64,000 bases of DNA from Patescibacteria group bacterium (GCA_022563395.1 JADFNM010000001.1:178830-242829); one strand, 5' to 3'; positions 53,495-63,536 are shown, counted from the stretch's first letter. Translations and numbers: made by a program. The notes: a model not told the origin generated them from the letters alone.

Positions 53495-54913
53495 ATGGAA
53501 CGAATTCTCGCAAGAGAAACTCCAGAGAAAGTGGCAAAGAAGGTAAAATTAGCTGGGTGGGTACAGACACGCCGCGACCATGGAAAACTGGTTTTTTTAG
53601 ATTTAAGAGACCGAACAGGAATAGTTCAGGTTGTGTTCAAAGCGTCAAAAGAGGTTGAGCCTGTTCGCCCAGAATGGGTCGTAGAAATAGAGGGGGAAGT
53701 AAAAGAACGCCCCGAGAACATGAAAAACCCCGAACTCCCCACGGGGTCTATTGAGGTGGTAGCCCTCAAGCTCACCGTACTTTCAAAAGCCAAGCCCCTA
53801 CCTTTTCCCATTGATACTGCGGGGTATGACATTGAAGAGGAGCTGAGATTGAAATATCGCTATCTTGATCTGAGGAGACCGAGGCTGCAGCGAAACATCA
53901 AAGTAAGGTCTGAATACATCAAAGCAGTAAGGGAATACCTCTTTTCAAAAGAGTTTGTGGAAATTGAGACCCCCATGCTCACCAAATCTACGCCAGAGGG
54001 CTCCAGGGATTTTGTTGTTCCCAGCAGAATTTACCCTGGCAAGTTCTTTGCCTTACCCCAGAGTCCCCAGCAATACAAGCAATTACTCATGACCGCCGGC
54101 TTTGAGCGGTATTTCCAAATTGCCAGAGCCATCCGGGACGAAGACCCCAGGGCAGACCGAGCTTTTGAGCACAGCCAGGTGGACCTTGAGATGAGCTTTG
54201 TTAATAGGGAAGACGTCATGGCTGTTGTGGAAGAGATGACTGTATTTGCCATAGAGAAGATAGGAGGAAAGATTGCAAAAAAACCCTTTCCCGTCATTAC
54301 CTATAAGGAAGCAGTGAAAAAGTATGGGACAGACAAGTTTGACCTAAGAACAAAAAAAGAAAAGGAGGAAGGAATATTGGCTTTTGCCTGGGTTGTGGAC
54401 TTTCCCTTTTTTGAGAAAACTAAGGAGGGTAAGTGGACCTTTACCCACAATCCCTTTTCAGCTCCTTTAAAAGAAGAGCAAGAGCAATGGCTTCTGGAAG
54501 GAAAAAACATTGAGAAGATCATAACTTCCCAATACGACTTGGTGTGCAATGGCCTAGAGATTGCAGGAGGAAGCATCAGGACGCACAAACCAGAGATACT
54601 GCAAGCTACTTTCCGGGTCTTGGGATACAAGGATAAAGAAATAGAAGAGGAGTTTTCACACATGCTGGAGGCCTTTGAATATGGAACTCCTCCGCACGGC
54701 GGGTGCGCCCAAGGCTTTGAGCGACTACTCATGGCATTTCTTGGAGAGGAGTATATACGGGAAGTACAGGCCTTTCCCCAAACAGGACAAGGGAGAACTT
54801 CTGTCATGGCAGCTCCCTCAGAACTCAACGCAACCCAATTAAAAGAACTGCATCTTGAGATAAAGAAGCCCGCCTCATCGGCGGGTGCGCCGAGGAGGCG
54901 CAAGAAAAAATGA
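53495..54913 (+). CDS. aspS: Aspartyl-tRNA synthetase (class IIb; ORF opens at TTG 53399)
   Basis: OB anticodon-binding N-terminus (LAGWVQTRRDHGKLVFLDLRD) and class II motifs FRDE and GGSIR(TH). Confidence 0.85.
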   Translation: MERILARETPEKVAKKVKLAGWVQTRRDHGKLVFLDLRDRTGIVQVVFKASKEVEPVRPEWVVEIEGEVKERPENMKNPELPTGSIEVVALKLTVLSKAKPLPFPIDTAGYDIEEELRLKYRYLDLRRPRLQRNIKVRSEYIKAVREYLFSKEFVEIETPMLTKSTPEGSRDFVVPSRIYPGKFFALPQSPQQYKQLLMTAGFERYFQIARAIRDEDPRADRAFEHSQVDLEMSFVNREDVMAVVEEMTVFAIEKIGGKIAKKPFPVITYKEAVKKYGTDKFDLRTKKEKEEGILAFAWVVDFPFFEKTKEGKWTFTHNPFSAPLKEEQEQWLLEGKNIEKIITSQYDLVCNGLEIAGGSIRTHKPEILQATFRVLGYKDKEIEEEFSHMLEAFEYGTPPHGGCAQGFERLLMAFLGEEYIREVQAFPQTGQGRTSVMAAPSELNATQLKELHLEIKKPASSAGAPRRRKKK

Positions 54914-55884
54914 CAGGGAATCTCAAAATATTTCTCGGGGTGTTTCTCTTGAGTCTTCCTTTTTGGTGGACTTTAAATGTTTTTAGCCAGCATATGGAAG
55001 ATTTCTTTTTGTTCTCAGAACTCGCACGAAACCCCCAAATATTCACCGCACAGGCAGCTTTGGAAGCTAAGGTTCAAGAGGTGCTTCCACTGCAAAAGGG
55101 AAATACTGCTTCCTTGGAATTGAGCAGCGCATCTCTACTCACGGTATTTGTGAATGGGAAAACCCAAGAAAGCAAGGCTTTGTTTGAAAAGGATACAGAA
55201 AAGAAACTTGCCATTGCTTCCTTGACTAAGCTCATGGGGTCTTTGGTGATTGTGCGCCATTATCCTTTAGACGAGGAAATTACAATCTCAAGGGCTGCTG
55301 TATTGGAAGAAGAGAACTTTGGGCAACTCAGGGAGGGGGACAGGTTTTGGCCGCGAGACCTTTTGTATCCATTGCTCATGGAATCTTCCAACGATGCCTC
55401 AGCTGCCTTCGCCTTGGAGGTTGGGATGTCAAACTTTCTGGATCTCATGAACCAAGAAGCAGAGTTTCTTGGCCTTAAAAATACCTTTTTTGTGAACCAC
55501 GCAGGCCTTGACCCTGACATTAAAGGGGGGGCAATAAACTATTCCACCACACAGGATCTATTCCTTTTGACACAGTACCTCAAAACATTCCATCCCTCCG
55601 TCTTTGAGATTCTGGGACTTCAAAGTTACCCCCTGCACACCAGTGATGGCAAGTTCCATCACACCATGGAAAACACCAATGAGCTCTTGTCTTTGAATGG
55701 ATGGCCCACCAAAGTCTTGGGGGGAAAGACCGGCTGGACCCCGGAAGCTAAAGGAGCTCTTGTTTTGGTATTGGAAAGTCCCAAAGGAAAGGGATATTTG
55801 GTAAACGTGGTGTTGGGTTCGAGCAAAAGATTTCAAGACATGAGAGAGCTGGTCAACTGGGTTTTTGACTCTTATACCTTCTAG
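54910..55884 (+). CDS. D-alanyl-D-alanine carboxypeptidase (serine-type, PBP5/DacA-like)
   Basis: SxxK ASLTKLMG, SxN SSND, and KTG KTGWT. Confidence 0.75.
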   Translation: MTGNLKIFLGVFLLSLPFWWTLNVFSQHMEDFFLFSELARNPQIFTAQAALEAKVQEVLPLQKGNTASLELSSASLLTVFVNGKTQESKALFEKDTEKKLAIASLTKLMGSLVIVRHYPLDEEITISRAAVLEEENFGQLREGDRFWPRDLLYPLLMESSNDASAAFALEVGMSNFLDLMNQEAEFLGLKNTFFVNHAGLDPDIKGGAINYSTTQDLFLLTQYLKTFHPSVFEILGLQSYPLHTSDGKFHHTMENTNELLSLNGWPTKVLGGKTGWTPEAKGALVLVLESPKGKGYLVNVVLGSSKRFQDMRELVNWVFDSYTF

Positions 55885-55887
55885 CGC

Positions 55888-56991
55888 ATGATCCCATTAC
55901 TTTCCTTTTCTGTTATTAAGATTGCTCTTATGGTTTCAGCCGGCTTTTTGGTTGCTCTTTTCTTGACCCCGGGGCTTACCAACATTCTCTACAAATACAA
56001 GCTCTGGCGAAAATCAGTAAGGCAAACTGCCATGGGGGGCGGGGAACTCCCCATTTTTAAAAAGTTTCACCAGGAAGGGGAGGTGAAAACCCCTCGCTTT
56101 GGGGGAGTATTAATCTGGGTTACACCCCCATTTTTAGCCCTATTCTTTTTTTTGTTGTCAAAAACGGGGAATCCCTGGCTTGAGGGTTTCAACTTCCTTT
56201 CCAGGTCCCAAACCTGGCTGCCTTTGGCAACTTTGGTTGCGGCCTCCACAGTGGGTTTTTTGGATGATATTCTTCAAGTTCTTTCGGCCCCCACAAACAT
56301 TTTTTTGCGGTCTTTATGGGAAAGGATAAACAAATACACTGCAGGGGGACTTTCTTTAAAACTGCGCTTCACCTTGGTTTTTCTTATTGGTTTGGTGGGG
56401 GCTTGGTGGTTTTTCTCAAAGCTCGGCTGGGACACCGTATTTGTTCCTGGGATAGGAGATGTATTTTTGGGATTTGCCATGATTCCCTTCTTTGTTATAG
56501 TCATGCTTGCCACCTATTCTGGGGGAGTCATTGACGGCATTGACGGCTTGTCTGGCGGTACTTTTGCTTCCATCTTTACCGCCTATGGGTTAATTGCCTT
56601 TGCGCAAGGGCAAATTGACTTGGCGACCTTGTGCTTTGCCATTGTGGGGGCGCTGCTGGCTTTTTTGTGGTTTAATATCCCTCCAGCCCGTTTTTACATG
56701 GGTGAAACCGGGATTATGGGACTGACTGCAACCTTAACAGTGGTTGCCTTTCTCACCGACTCTGTCATGGTATTGCCGATTATTGGCATACTCTTGGTTG
56801 CAGAATCCGCATCGGTCATTATTCAGGTTGCCTCAAAGAAACTACGAAAGGGAAAAAAGGTGTTTCTCGCAGCCCCCATACACCATCACTTTGAAGGCAT
56901 GGGCTGGCCTTCCACCAAGGTGACCATGCGATTCTGGGTAATCGGAGTTGTCGCAGCTTTCGTAGGAGTTGCTGTCAGACTACTCGGATAG
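55888..56991 (+). CDS. mraY: Phospho-N-acetylmuramoyl-pentapeptide transferase
   Basis: 10-TM GT4 family member with DD motif LDDILQV, and the DG/ID segments VIDGIDGLSGG and HHHFE. Confidence 0.85.
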   Translation: MIPLLSFSVIKIALMVSAGFLVALFLTPGLTNILYKYKLWRKSVRQTAMGGGELPIFKKFHQEGEVKTPRFGGVLIWVTPPFLALFFFLLSKTGNPWLEGFNFLSRSQTWLPLATLVAASTVGFLDDILQVLSAPTNIFLRSLWERINKYTAGGLSLKLRFTLVFLIGLVGAWWFFSKLGWDTVFVPGIGDVFLGFAMIPFFVIVMLATYSGGVIDGIDGLSGGTFASIFTAYGLIAFAQGQIDLATLCFAIVGALLAFLWFNIPPARFYMGETGIMGLTATLTVVAFLTDSVMVLPIIGILLVAESASVIIQVASKKLRKGKKVFLAAPIHHHFEGMGWPSTKVTMRFWVIGVVAAFVGVAVRLLG

Positions 56992-57014
56992 CTTCTTAGT
57001 GAAACTAAGTTTCT

Positions 57015-58349
57015 ATGAAGATAGAGGTGTTGAGAAAAAAATATCCGAAGTTTTTCTATCGGGGGTATACCTACAAGCGTTCTGGGGGAGATCTCTGCAT
57101 CTCTTTTGAGTTTGCGGTACCCCGCACCGTCGCCAAAGCGGCTATGGCGCGTCGGCGACCAGACATCTCCTTTCGCCCAACAATAGTGGTAAAGAACATA
57201 CCAAAAAAGCATCCAAACATTGAGAACATTATCTTTCATCTTGGATTACTTGAGATGATAAGCTACTGGAAGGCAACAGCCTCGCCCAAGATTGTTATTG
57301 AAGCGGGGCATCTTACAAAAGAGCAGATTGCCTGGTTTAAAGATCTCATCTTTCAAGGAATGGGAGAGTACTTTTTTCAAAACAAGATAGACTTTACCCA
57401 GAAAAACTTCCTTACAATAACCTCCACCGGAAGTTTTCCTAAACGAGATTTAGGAACTCCTAAATCTCGTTTAAGCAACAGGACATTGGTGCCTGTGGGC
57501 GGGGGAAAGGATGCGGTGGTAACGCTTGAGCTGTTCAAAAAAGCAAAGCTTTTGCTGCGCCCCCTTCTCTTGAACCCAAAAAAAGAACAGCTTCGTATCC
57601 TTAGTCTAACTAAGACAGGGAAACCAATTGTGGTAGAACGCACCATTGATCCAGAGCTTTTGAAACTAAATCGTAAGGGATACCTCAATGGACACACGCC
57701 TTTTTCTGCTTATCTTGCGTTCCTGACAGTTCTCTGTGCAGCTCTTTTTGACTACAAATACATAGCTCTTTCCAACGAACGGAGCTCAAATGAAGGAAAT
57801 GTAAAATACCAAGGCAAGATCATCAATCATCAGTATTCCAAGACCTATGATTTTGAAAAGAAGTTTCGGGCATATACAAAGAAATATCTTCTCAAAGATG
57901 TTGAATACTTTAGTTTCTTACGTCCCTTGTACGAATTGCAGATAGCAAAGCTCTTTTCGAGATACCCAAAGTACTTCCCTGTGTTCTTGAGCTGCAACGA
58001 AGCCTACAAAACAAAATCAGGAAGCAAAAAACCAACAGGGGAGTGGTGCGGGAAATGTGCCAAATGTCTCTTTGTGTTCCTTTCCTTGTATCCTTTTATA
58101 GGTCAGAAACGGACGATTGCTATCTTTAAAAAGAATCTTCTCAAGGAAAAGAAACTACAGCCACTCTTAGAAGAACTCACAGGCAAGAAGAGATTTAAGC
58201 CCTTTGAGTGTGTAGGCACTATAGCAGAAAGTAGGGCTTTGCTTGCATTGCAAAAGAAGAAAGACCACCTCATGCTGTATGCCTGGAATAAAATGCATTT
58301 CCTCCCCAAAAAGTTTGAACAAATACTCAAGAAAGCGCTTACTCCTTAA
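57015..58349 (+). CDS. Hypothetical PP-loop-like protein with a C-terminal Cys cluster, inserted between mraY and murD; carries an in-frame palindromic element
   Basis: LVPVGGGKDAVV resembles the SGGxDS PP-loop. C-terminal CGKCAKC. Contains the inserted peptide FPKRDLGTPKSRLS. Confidence 0.4.
   Translation: MKIEVLRKKYPKFFYRGYTYKRSGGDLCISFEFAVPRTVAKAAMARRRPDISFRPTIVVKNIPKKHPNIENIIFHLGLLEMISYWKATASPKIVIEAGHLTKEQIAWFKDLIFQGMGEYFFQNKIDFTQKNFLTITSTGSFPKRDLGTPKSRLSNRTLVPVGGGKDAVVTLELFKKAKLLLRPLLLNPKKEQLRILSLTKTGKPIVVERTIDPELLKLNRKGYLNGHTPFSAYLAFLTVLCAALFDYKYIALSNERSSNEGNVKYQGKIINHQYSKTYDFEKKFRAYTKKYLLKDVEYFSFLRPLYELQIAKLFSRYPKYFPVFLSCNEAYKTKSGSKKPTGEWCGKCAKCLFVFLSLYPFIGQKRTIAIFKKNLLKEKKLQPLLEELTGKKRFKPFECVGTIAESRALLALQKKKDHLMLYAWNKMHFLPKKFEQILKKALTP
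57438..57476. repeat. Palindromic element CCTAAACGAGATTTAGGAACTCCTAAATCTCGTTTAAGC, in frame within ORF 57015-58349
   Basis: Seen directly in the sequence. Frame preserved. Confidence 0.8.
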
Positions 58350-58364
58350 TTTCATTTAGTTGCT

Positions 58365-59621
58365 ATGTATATCAGTGAATTGAAAAGCAAGAAGCTTCTG
58401 ATCCTTGGCTTTGCAAGAGAGGGGAGAGACACCTATAAGTTTTTGAGAAAGCATTTTCCCAATAAAGTATTTGGCATTGCAGATCAAAAGGAATCCCTGC
58501 CTAATCTTCCAAAGAAACGAGTAAGGCTTCATCTGGGCCGAAATTACCTAAAAGCAATGAGGCAGTATGACGTTGTAATAAAAAGTCCTGGCATTCCTTT
58601 AAGAATAGTGAAACCCTTGCTCAAAAAAGAACAGCATCTTACCTCAGAGACAGATATCTTTTTTTCAGAGTGCCAAGGCGCCATTGTGGGAATAACGGGC
58701 AGCAAAGGAAAGAGCACCACGGCTTCCCTTATCTGTTCCATGCTCAAAAAAGGAGGAAAGAAGGCAAAGCTGGTAGGAAACATTGGCACGCCCGCTCTCC
58801 AGTTTCTTTCAAAGCAAACTCCAGAAGATATCTTTGTTTATGAACTTTCGAGCTTTCAGTTAGAACATTTAAACAAAAGTCCTCACATTGCAGTATTCTT
58901 GAACCTGTACGAAGAACACTTAAACCACCACGGCAGCTTTGCTGCCTACAAGAAAGCAAAAGCAAACATCACCCTTTTTCAGACCTCAACAGATTTTCTT
59001 ATCTACAACGCAAAAGACAATGAGGTTTCAAAGATTGCAAAGAAAAGCAGAGCACAAAAGATTCCCTTCGCTCCAGAAACAGTTTCAAAGAACCCGTCTT
59101 TTATCGCCCCAATAGAACCCGCCTTGCTTGTGGGCAAACTCTTTGGCATTACACCCTCAGCAATGAAAGAAGCGATAAAGAGCTTCAAGCCTTTACCTCA
59201 TAGATTAGAAAGGATTGGGATGTTCAAGGGCATTGTCTTTGTAAACGATTCCCTCGCCACCATACCTGAAGCCACAATTTTAGCATTGGATGCTTTGAGC
59301 AATACTGTTACAACGTTAATCGCAGGAGGCTTTGACAGGGGAGTGAGTGTTACAAAATTGGCAAGAAGAATTGAACAAAGTAAGATAAAAACCCTTATTC
59401 TTTTTCCCACAACCGGAGAAACAATCTTCAAATCCTTAAAGAAGAAACCAAAGAACATATTTTTTGTCAAAAGCATGAAAGAGGCAGTACAACTCGCTTA
59501 CCTGCACACAAAAACTGGGAAGATCTGCCTTCTTTCGCCCGCTGCCTCCAGCTTTAACCTGTTTTATGACTACCAAGACAGGGGAAACCAGTTTAAGGGG
59601 TTTGTGAAACGGTATGGATAG
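58365..59621 (+). CDS. murD: UDP-N-acetylmuramoylalanine--D-glutamate ligase
   Basis: Mur ligase P-loop GITGSKGKSTT and MurD-type N-terminal Rossmann domain. Confidence 0.85.
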   Translation: MYISELKSKKLLILGFAREGRDTYKFLRKHFPNKVFGIADQKESLPNLPKKRVRLHLGRNYLKAMRQYDVVIKSPGIPLRIVKPLLKKEQHLTSETDIFFSECQGAIVGITGSKGKSTTASLICSMLKKGGKKAKLVGNIGTPALQFLSKQTPEDIFVYELSSFQLEHLNKSPHIAVFLNLYEEHLNHHGSFAAYKKAKANITLFQTSTDFLIYNAKDNEVSKIAKKSRAQKIPFAPETVSKNPSFIAPIEPALLVGKLFGITPSAMKEAIKSFKPLPHRLERIGMFKGIVFVNDSLATIPEATILALDALSNTVTTLIAGGFDRGVSVTKLARRIEQSKIKTLILFPTTGETIFKSLKKKPKNIFFVKSMKEAVQLAYLHTKTGKICLLSPAASSFNLFYDYQDRGNQFKGFVKRYG

Positions 59622-60774
59622 GAGAAGGAGAAAGAAATGGGGGGTTGACCCCGTACTTCTCGGCACTATTGTGCTGCTTGTGTTTTTGGGCATCCTTATT
59701 TTGGCCTCAGTGTCTGCTTCTTTCTCTTTGCAGACCTTTGGCACCACCTACTACTTTTTGAACCATCAAATCCTCTTGGGCCTTCTTCCCGGGCTTCTTG
59801 TTGGGGCCATGGCGTTCTTTTTTGTTTCTCCTGAAATGATAAAGAAGTGGAGCTTTGCTCTGCTCTTGGCCAACATTCTCTTGTTGATTCTGGTGTTCTT
59901 GCCTGGTATCGGGAGTCCAGAGGGAGCCCACCGCTGGATCTATATAGGATCCCAGTCCTTTCAGCCCTCAGAACTCCTAAAACTCACCTTCATTCTCTAC
60001 CTTGCTTCTTTGCTGGCAGCCAAGGTTACAAAACACAGTGAAACCAGCAAGAAAAAGGAAGGAATGATACATCACCTCTTAAAAGGAAAGGAGGCATTGT
60101 TTCCTTTTGTCGTGGTCACAGGAATCATCAGCTTTCTCTTAATCCAGCAACCAGACGCCTCCACATTAGGGGTCATTGGCCTGACTGGCATTATCATGTA
60201 CTTTGTTGCGGGAACCCCTTTGTGGCATACACCCCTCATAATCTTTTCGGGACTGGGACTTTTCTATTTCTTGATTAAGATTGCACCCTACCGATTCTCG
60301 CGCATTCAAGTGTTTTTCGACCCTTTACTTGACCCCTTGGGCCAAGGATATCAGATAAAGCAGGCGTTAATCGGCATTGGCTCTGGGGGGTTAACAGGCA
60401 TTGGTCTGGGTCTAAGTTTTCAAAAGTTCGGGTTTTTACCAGAGCCCATCTCTGACTCCATTTTTGCTGTGGTGGCAGAGGAACTGGGATTTATTGGAGC
60501 TGTCTTTCTCGTGATGCTCTTTTTGTTCTTTGCCTGGCGCAGCTTTGCTTTAGCAAGAAAAATTGAGGACCCATTTGCAAAAATTGCAACGGTGGGTATT
60601 GCTTCCTGGATTACCCTGCAGGCATTCATCAACATGGGGTCCATTACAGGACTCTTGCCCTTGACCGGTATTCCCTTGCCCTTCATATCCTATGGTGGCT
60701 CTGCCTTGGTGGTAGAACTCATTGCAATGGGCATTCTACTGAAATTAACCTCAAAATCATATACAATGAGATAA
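59614..60774 (+). CDS. ftsW: Peptidoglycan glycosyltransferase FtsW (SEDS family)
   Basis: 10-TM SEDS protein with conserved GSxxFQPSE and PLPFISYGGSA. Confidence 0.85.
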   Translation: MDRRRRKKWGVDPVLLGTIVLLVFLGILILASVSASFSLQTFGTTYYFLNHQILLGLLPGLLVGAMAFFFVSPEMIKKWSFALLLANILLLILVFLPGIGSPEGAHRWIYIGSQSFQPSELLKLTFILYLASLLAAKVTKHSETSKKKEGMIHHLLKGKEALFPFVVVTGIISFLLIQQPDASTLGVIGLTGIIMYFVAGTPLWHTPLIIFSGLGLFYFLIKIAPYRFSRIQVFFDPLLDPLGQGYQIKQALIGIGSGGLTGIGLGLSFQKFGFLPEPISDSIFAVVAEELGFIGAVFLVMLFLFFAWRSFALARKIEDPFAKIATVGIASWITLQAFINMGSITGLLPLTGIPLPFISYGGSALVVELIAMGILLKLTSKSYTMR

Positions 60775-60775
60775 C

Positions 60776-61933
60776 ATGAAGATTCTGTTTACAGGAGGAG
60801 GAACAGGAGGACATATCCTACCTATCATAGCCCTTACGCGAGAGATACGAGCGCAGGCAGACCTGCCCGCCGAAGCCTCGGCGAAGGAGGGGGATACACC
60901 TTTGGAGTTTTTTTACATGGGTCCAAAAGATGAATTTTCTGAAATGCTCTCGTCTCAAGAAGGAATAAAAACCTACCATATCTTTTCTGGCAAGATACGG
61001 CGCTATGAGTTTTTAAAGTCCTTGCCAAAGAATCTCCTTGATGTTTTTGTCAAAGTACCTCTTGGCATCATACAGGCATTCTTTCGTATCTTTTTTTTGG
61101 GCCCAGACATTATCTTTTCAAAGGGTGGATACGGGTCTGTTCCTTCTACCATTGCAGGATGGATTCTTCGCGTACCCATTATACTGCATGAATCCGACAT
61201 TGTTCCTGGCATGGCAAACAAAATCGTAGCAAGGTTTGCTTCTGAAATCTTTGTGTCTTTCCCAAACACCAAAGAGTTTCCCAAAAACAAGGTTGTGGAG
61301 GTGGGTAACCCTATTCGAAAAGATATACTTACGGGTTCTAAAGAAGAAGCAAAGCGGCTCTTTAACTTACAGGGAACAAAACCCGTACTCTTGCTGCTGG
61401 GGGGCTCTCAGGGAGCTCAGCGGGTCAACGATATGCTTTTGGTTATATTAGATGAAGCACTAAAAGATTATGAAATCATCCATCAGACAGGGGAAAAGAA
61501 CTTTTCTCAGGTAAAGGCAGAGGCAGAAGTAATTGTGGCAAAAGAGAGAAGGGGATTATACCATCCTTTTGCCTTTCTTAAAGAAACAGAGCTGCGCCAT
61601 ATGTATGCTGCAACAGACCTCATCATAAGCAGGGCAGGATCGGGGTCGGTGTTTGAGATTGCTGCCCTGGGTAAACCCTCCATTTTAATTCCCCTGCCAG
61701 AATCTGCCCAAAACCACCAAATAGAGAATGCCTATGCCTACCAAAAAACAGGCGCGTGCATTGTGCTGGAAGAAAACAACCTTACCCCACACTTCTTTTT
61801 AGAACGGGTACACTCCCTCTTTGCCAATAAAGCAGAACTCCAGAAGATGTCAGAGGCAGCAAAGAACTTTGCCAAACCAGAAGCGGGCAGAGTCATAGCA
61901 AAATACATAATTGAGTCTCTGTCAATCTCGTGA
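60776..61933 (+). CDS. murG: UDP-N-acetylglucosamine--N-acetylmuramyl-(pentapeptide) pyrophosphoryl-undecaprenol GlcNAc transferase
   Basis: GGTGGHILP N-terminal motif and GT28 C-terminal domain (GGSQGA...SRAGSGS). Confidence 0.85.
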   Translation: MKILFTGGGTGGHILPIIALTREIRAQADLPAEASAKEGDTPLEFFYMGPKDEFSEMLSSQEGIKTYHIFSGKIRRYEFLKSLPKNLLDVFVKVPLGIIQAFFRIFFLGPDIIFSKGGYGSVPSTIAGWILRVPIILHESDIVPGMANKIVARFASEIFVSFPNTKEFPKNKVVEVGNPIRKDILTGSKEEAKRLFNLQGTKPVLLLLGGSQGAQRVNDMLLVILDEALKDYEIIHQTGEKNFSQVKAEAEVIVAKERRGLYHPFAFLKETELRHMYAATDLIISRAGSGSVFEIAALGKPSILIPLPESAQNHQIENAYAYQKTGACIVLEENNLTPHFFLERVHSLFANKAELQKMSEAAKNFAKPEAGRVIAKYIIESLSIS

Positions 61934-61945
61934 TAGGCTGAATCA

Positions 61946-63532
61946 ATGAGAGTAAGAACGAGATTTGCGCCATCGCCCACAGGGCCCCTGCACATGGGAA
62001 ACGCCAGGACTGCCCTGTTCTCTTACCTCTTTGCCAAAAAAGAAAGAGGGGATTTTGTGGTGCGGGTAGAAGATACGGCCAAGGAGCGCTCAAAACCAGA
62101 GTGGGAGAAAGACGTGTTAGAAAACCTGGAATGGCTGGGGCTGAGTTGGGACGAAGGGCCAACCAAAGCAGGGGATAAAGGAAGCTTTGGCCCCTACCGG
62201 CAGTCTGAAAGAACCAAGATATACAAGGAATACCTTGAAAAACTCCTTAAAGAAAAGAAAGCATACTGGTGTTTTTGCACACAAGAAGAACTGGAAGCTC
62301 AGCGCCAGGATCAAACCAGCAGGGGAGAAACCCCAAGGTATTCTGGGAGATGCAGAACTCTCTCTTTAAAAGAACAAGAGCAGAACAAAAAAACCGGAAA
62401 ACCTGCTGCTATTCGTTTTGTAGTGGAACCCAAAAAAATTACCTTCAAAGACCTTATTCGGGGTGAGGTTTCTTTTGATATGACTTTGTCTGGTGACATT
62501 GTGATTGCAAAGAACCTAAAAACCCCGTTGTATAATTTTACTGTGGTGGTGGACGACGAGTTAATGCGCATCACCCATGTTATCCGGGGAGAAGACCATA
62601 TTTCCAACACACCAAAGCAGCAGCTTATAAGAAAAGCTCTGGGGTTTAAACAAGAAATCAAGTACGCCCACCTTCCGCTCATTCTTGGAGAAGACAAGAC
62701 CAAGCTTTCAAAGCGCCACGGAGACAACTCCGTCACCAGGTTCAGGAAAGAAGGATACCTGCCAGAAGCAATCGTGAACTTTCTTGCCCTGCTTGGTTGG
62801 AACCCAGGGGATGAGCGGGAAATCTTTTCTTTGCAAGGGTTGGTCAAGGAGTTTTCTTTAGACCGGGTACAAAAGGGGAATGCCGTGTTTAACCTGCAAC
62901 GCTTAGACTGGATTAACGGCTTTTACCTAAGGCAAAAAGACAAGAAAACCTTGGTAAAACTGGCAATTCCTTACTTAAAAGAGGCAGGGCTGCTGGAGGT
63001 AAATGGAAATGGAGAGCAAAAGAAGTTTTCCTTGCGAATGCAAAAATCCCACCCCTATGCCGTAAAAGAAACAGGGGAGGGGATTGGCCCTGAGTTTTTG
63101 GGTGAAGTGGTTAATCTATACCAAGAGCGCCTAAAAAAGCTTTCTGAGATAGCGGAGCTGGCTGACTTTTTCTTTAAAAAAGAGTTGAACTACGAAAAAG
63201 AACTCTTGCGCTGGAAAAACATGGAAGAACAAGAAATTGCAGAATCGCTGGAAAAATCCCACGAGCTTCTCTTAGGCCTCAAAGAAGGGGACTGGAATAA
63301 AGAAAAGATAGAACAGATATTGCTTAAGGAAGCCGAAGCGGGAGGCAAGGGAAAACTTTTATGGCCTCTGCGTGTTGCTCTTACGGGTAAGAAAGCTTCG
63401 GCCGGACCTTTTGAGGTGGCTTCGGTTCTTGGCAAAGAAAAGACGCTGCAGAGAATCAAGCAGGCAATGGCAAAACTCCAACAAACACAGAAACCATCCA
63501 TGACCAACAATACTAACAATTTTAACTTCTAA
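61946..63532 (+). CDS. gltX: Glutamyl-tRNA synthetase
   Basis: HIGH motif PTGPLHMGNART and KMSKS motif KLSKRHG. Catalytic core plus anticodon-binding domain. Confidence 0.85.
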   Translation: MRVRTRFAPSPTGPLHMGNARTALFSYLFAKKERGDFVVRVEDTAKERSKPEWEKDVLENLEWLGLSWDEGPTKAGDKGSFGPYRQSERTKIYKEYLEKLLKEKKAYWCFCTQEELEAQRQDQTSRGETPRYSGRCRTLSLKEQEQNKKTGKPAAIRFVVEPKKITFKDLIRGEVSFDMTLSGDIVIAKNLKTPLYNFTVVVDDELMRITHVIRGEDHISNTPKQQLIRKALGFKQEIKYAHLPLILGEDKTKLSKRHGDNSVTRFRKEGYLPEAIVNFLALLGWNPGDEREIFSLQGLVKEFSLDRVQKGNAVFNLQRLDWINGFYLRQKDKKTLVKLAIPYLKEAGLLEVNGNGEQKKFSLRMQKSHPYAVKETGEGIGPEFLGEVVNLYQERLKKLSEIAELADFFFKKELNYEKELLRWKNMEEQEIAESLEKSHELLLGLKEGDWNKEKIEQILLKEAEAGGKGKLLWPLRVALTGKKASAGPFEVASVLGKEKTLQRIKQAMAKLQQTQKPSMTNNTNNFNF

Positions 63533-63536
63533 CGGG

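Noticed and set aside
54825-55046. Small minus-strand ORF overlapping the aspS/dac junction
   Set aside because: Overlaps two well-supported plus-strand genes. No features.
9500-58000. Possible CRISPR array, given the many short palindromic repeats
   Set aside because: Repeats are scattered singly or in pairs across 50 kb at gene boundaries and inside genes. They are not arranged as regularly spaced direct repeats with unique spacers. No cas genes are present.
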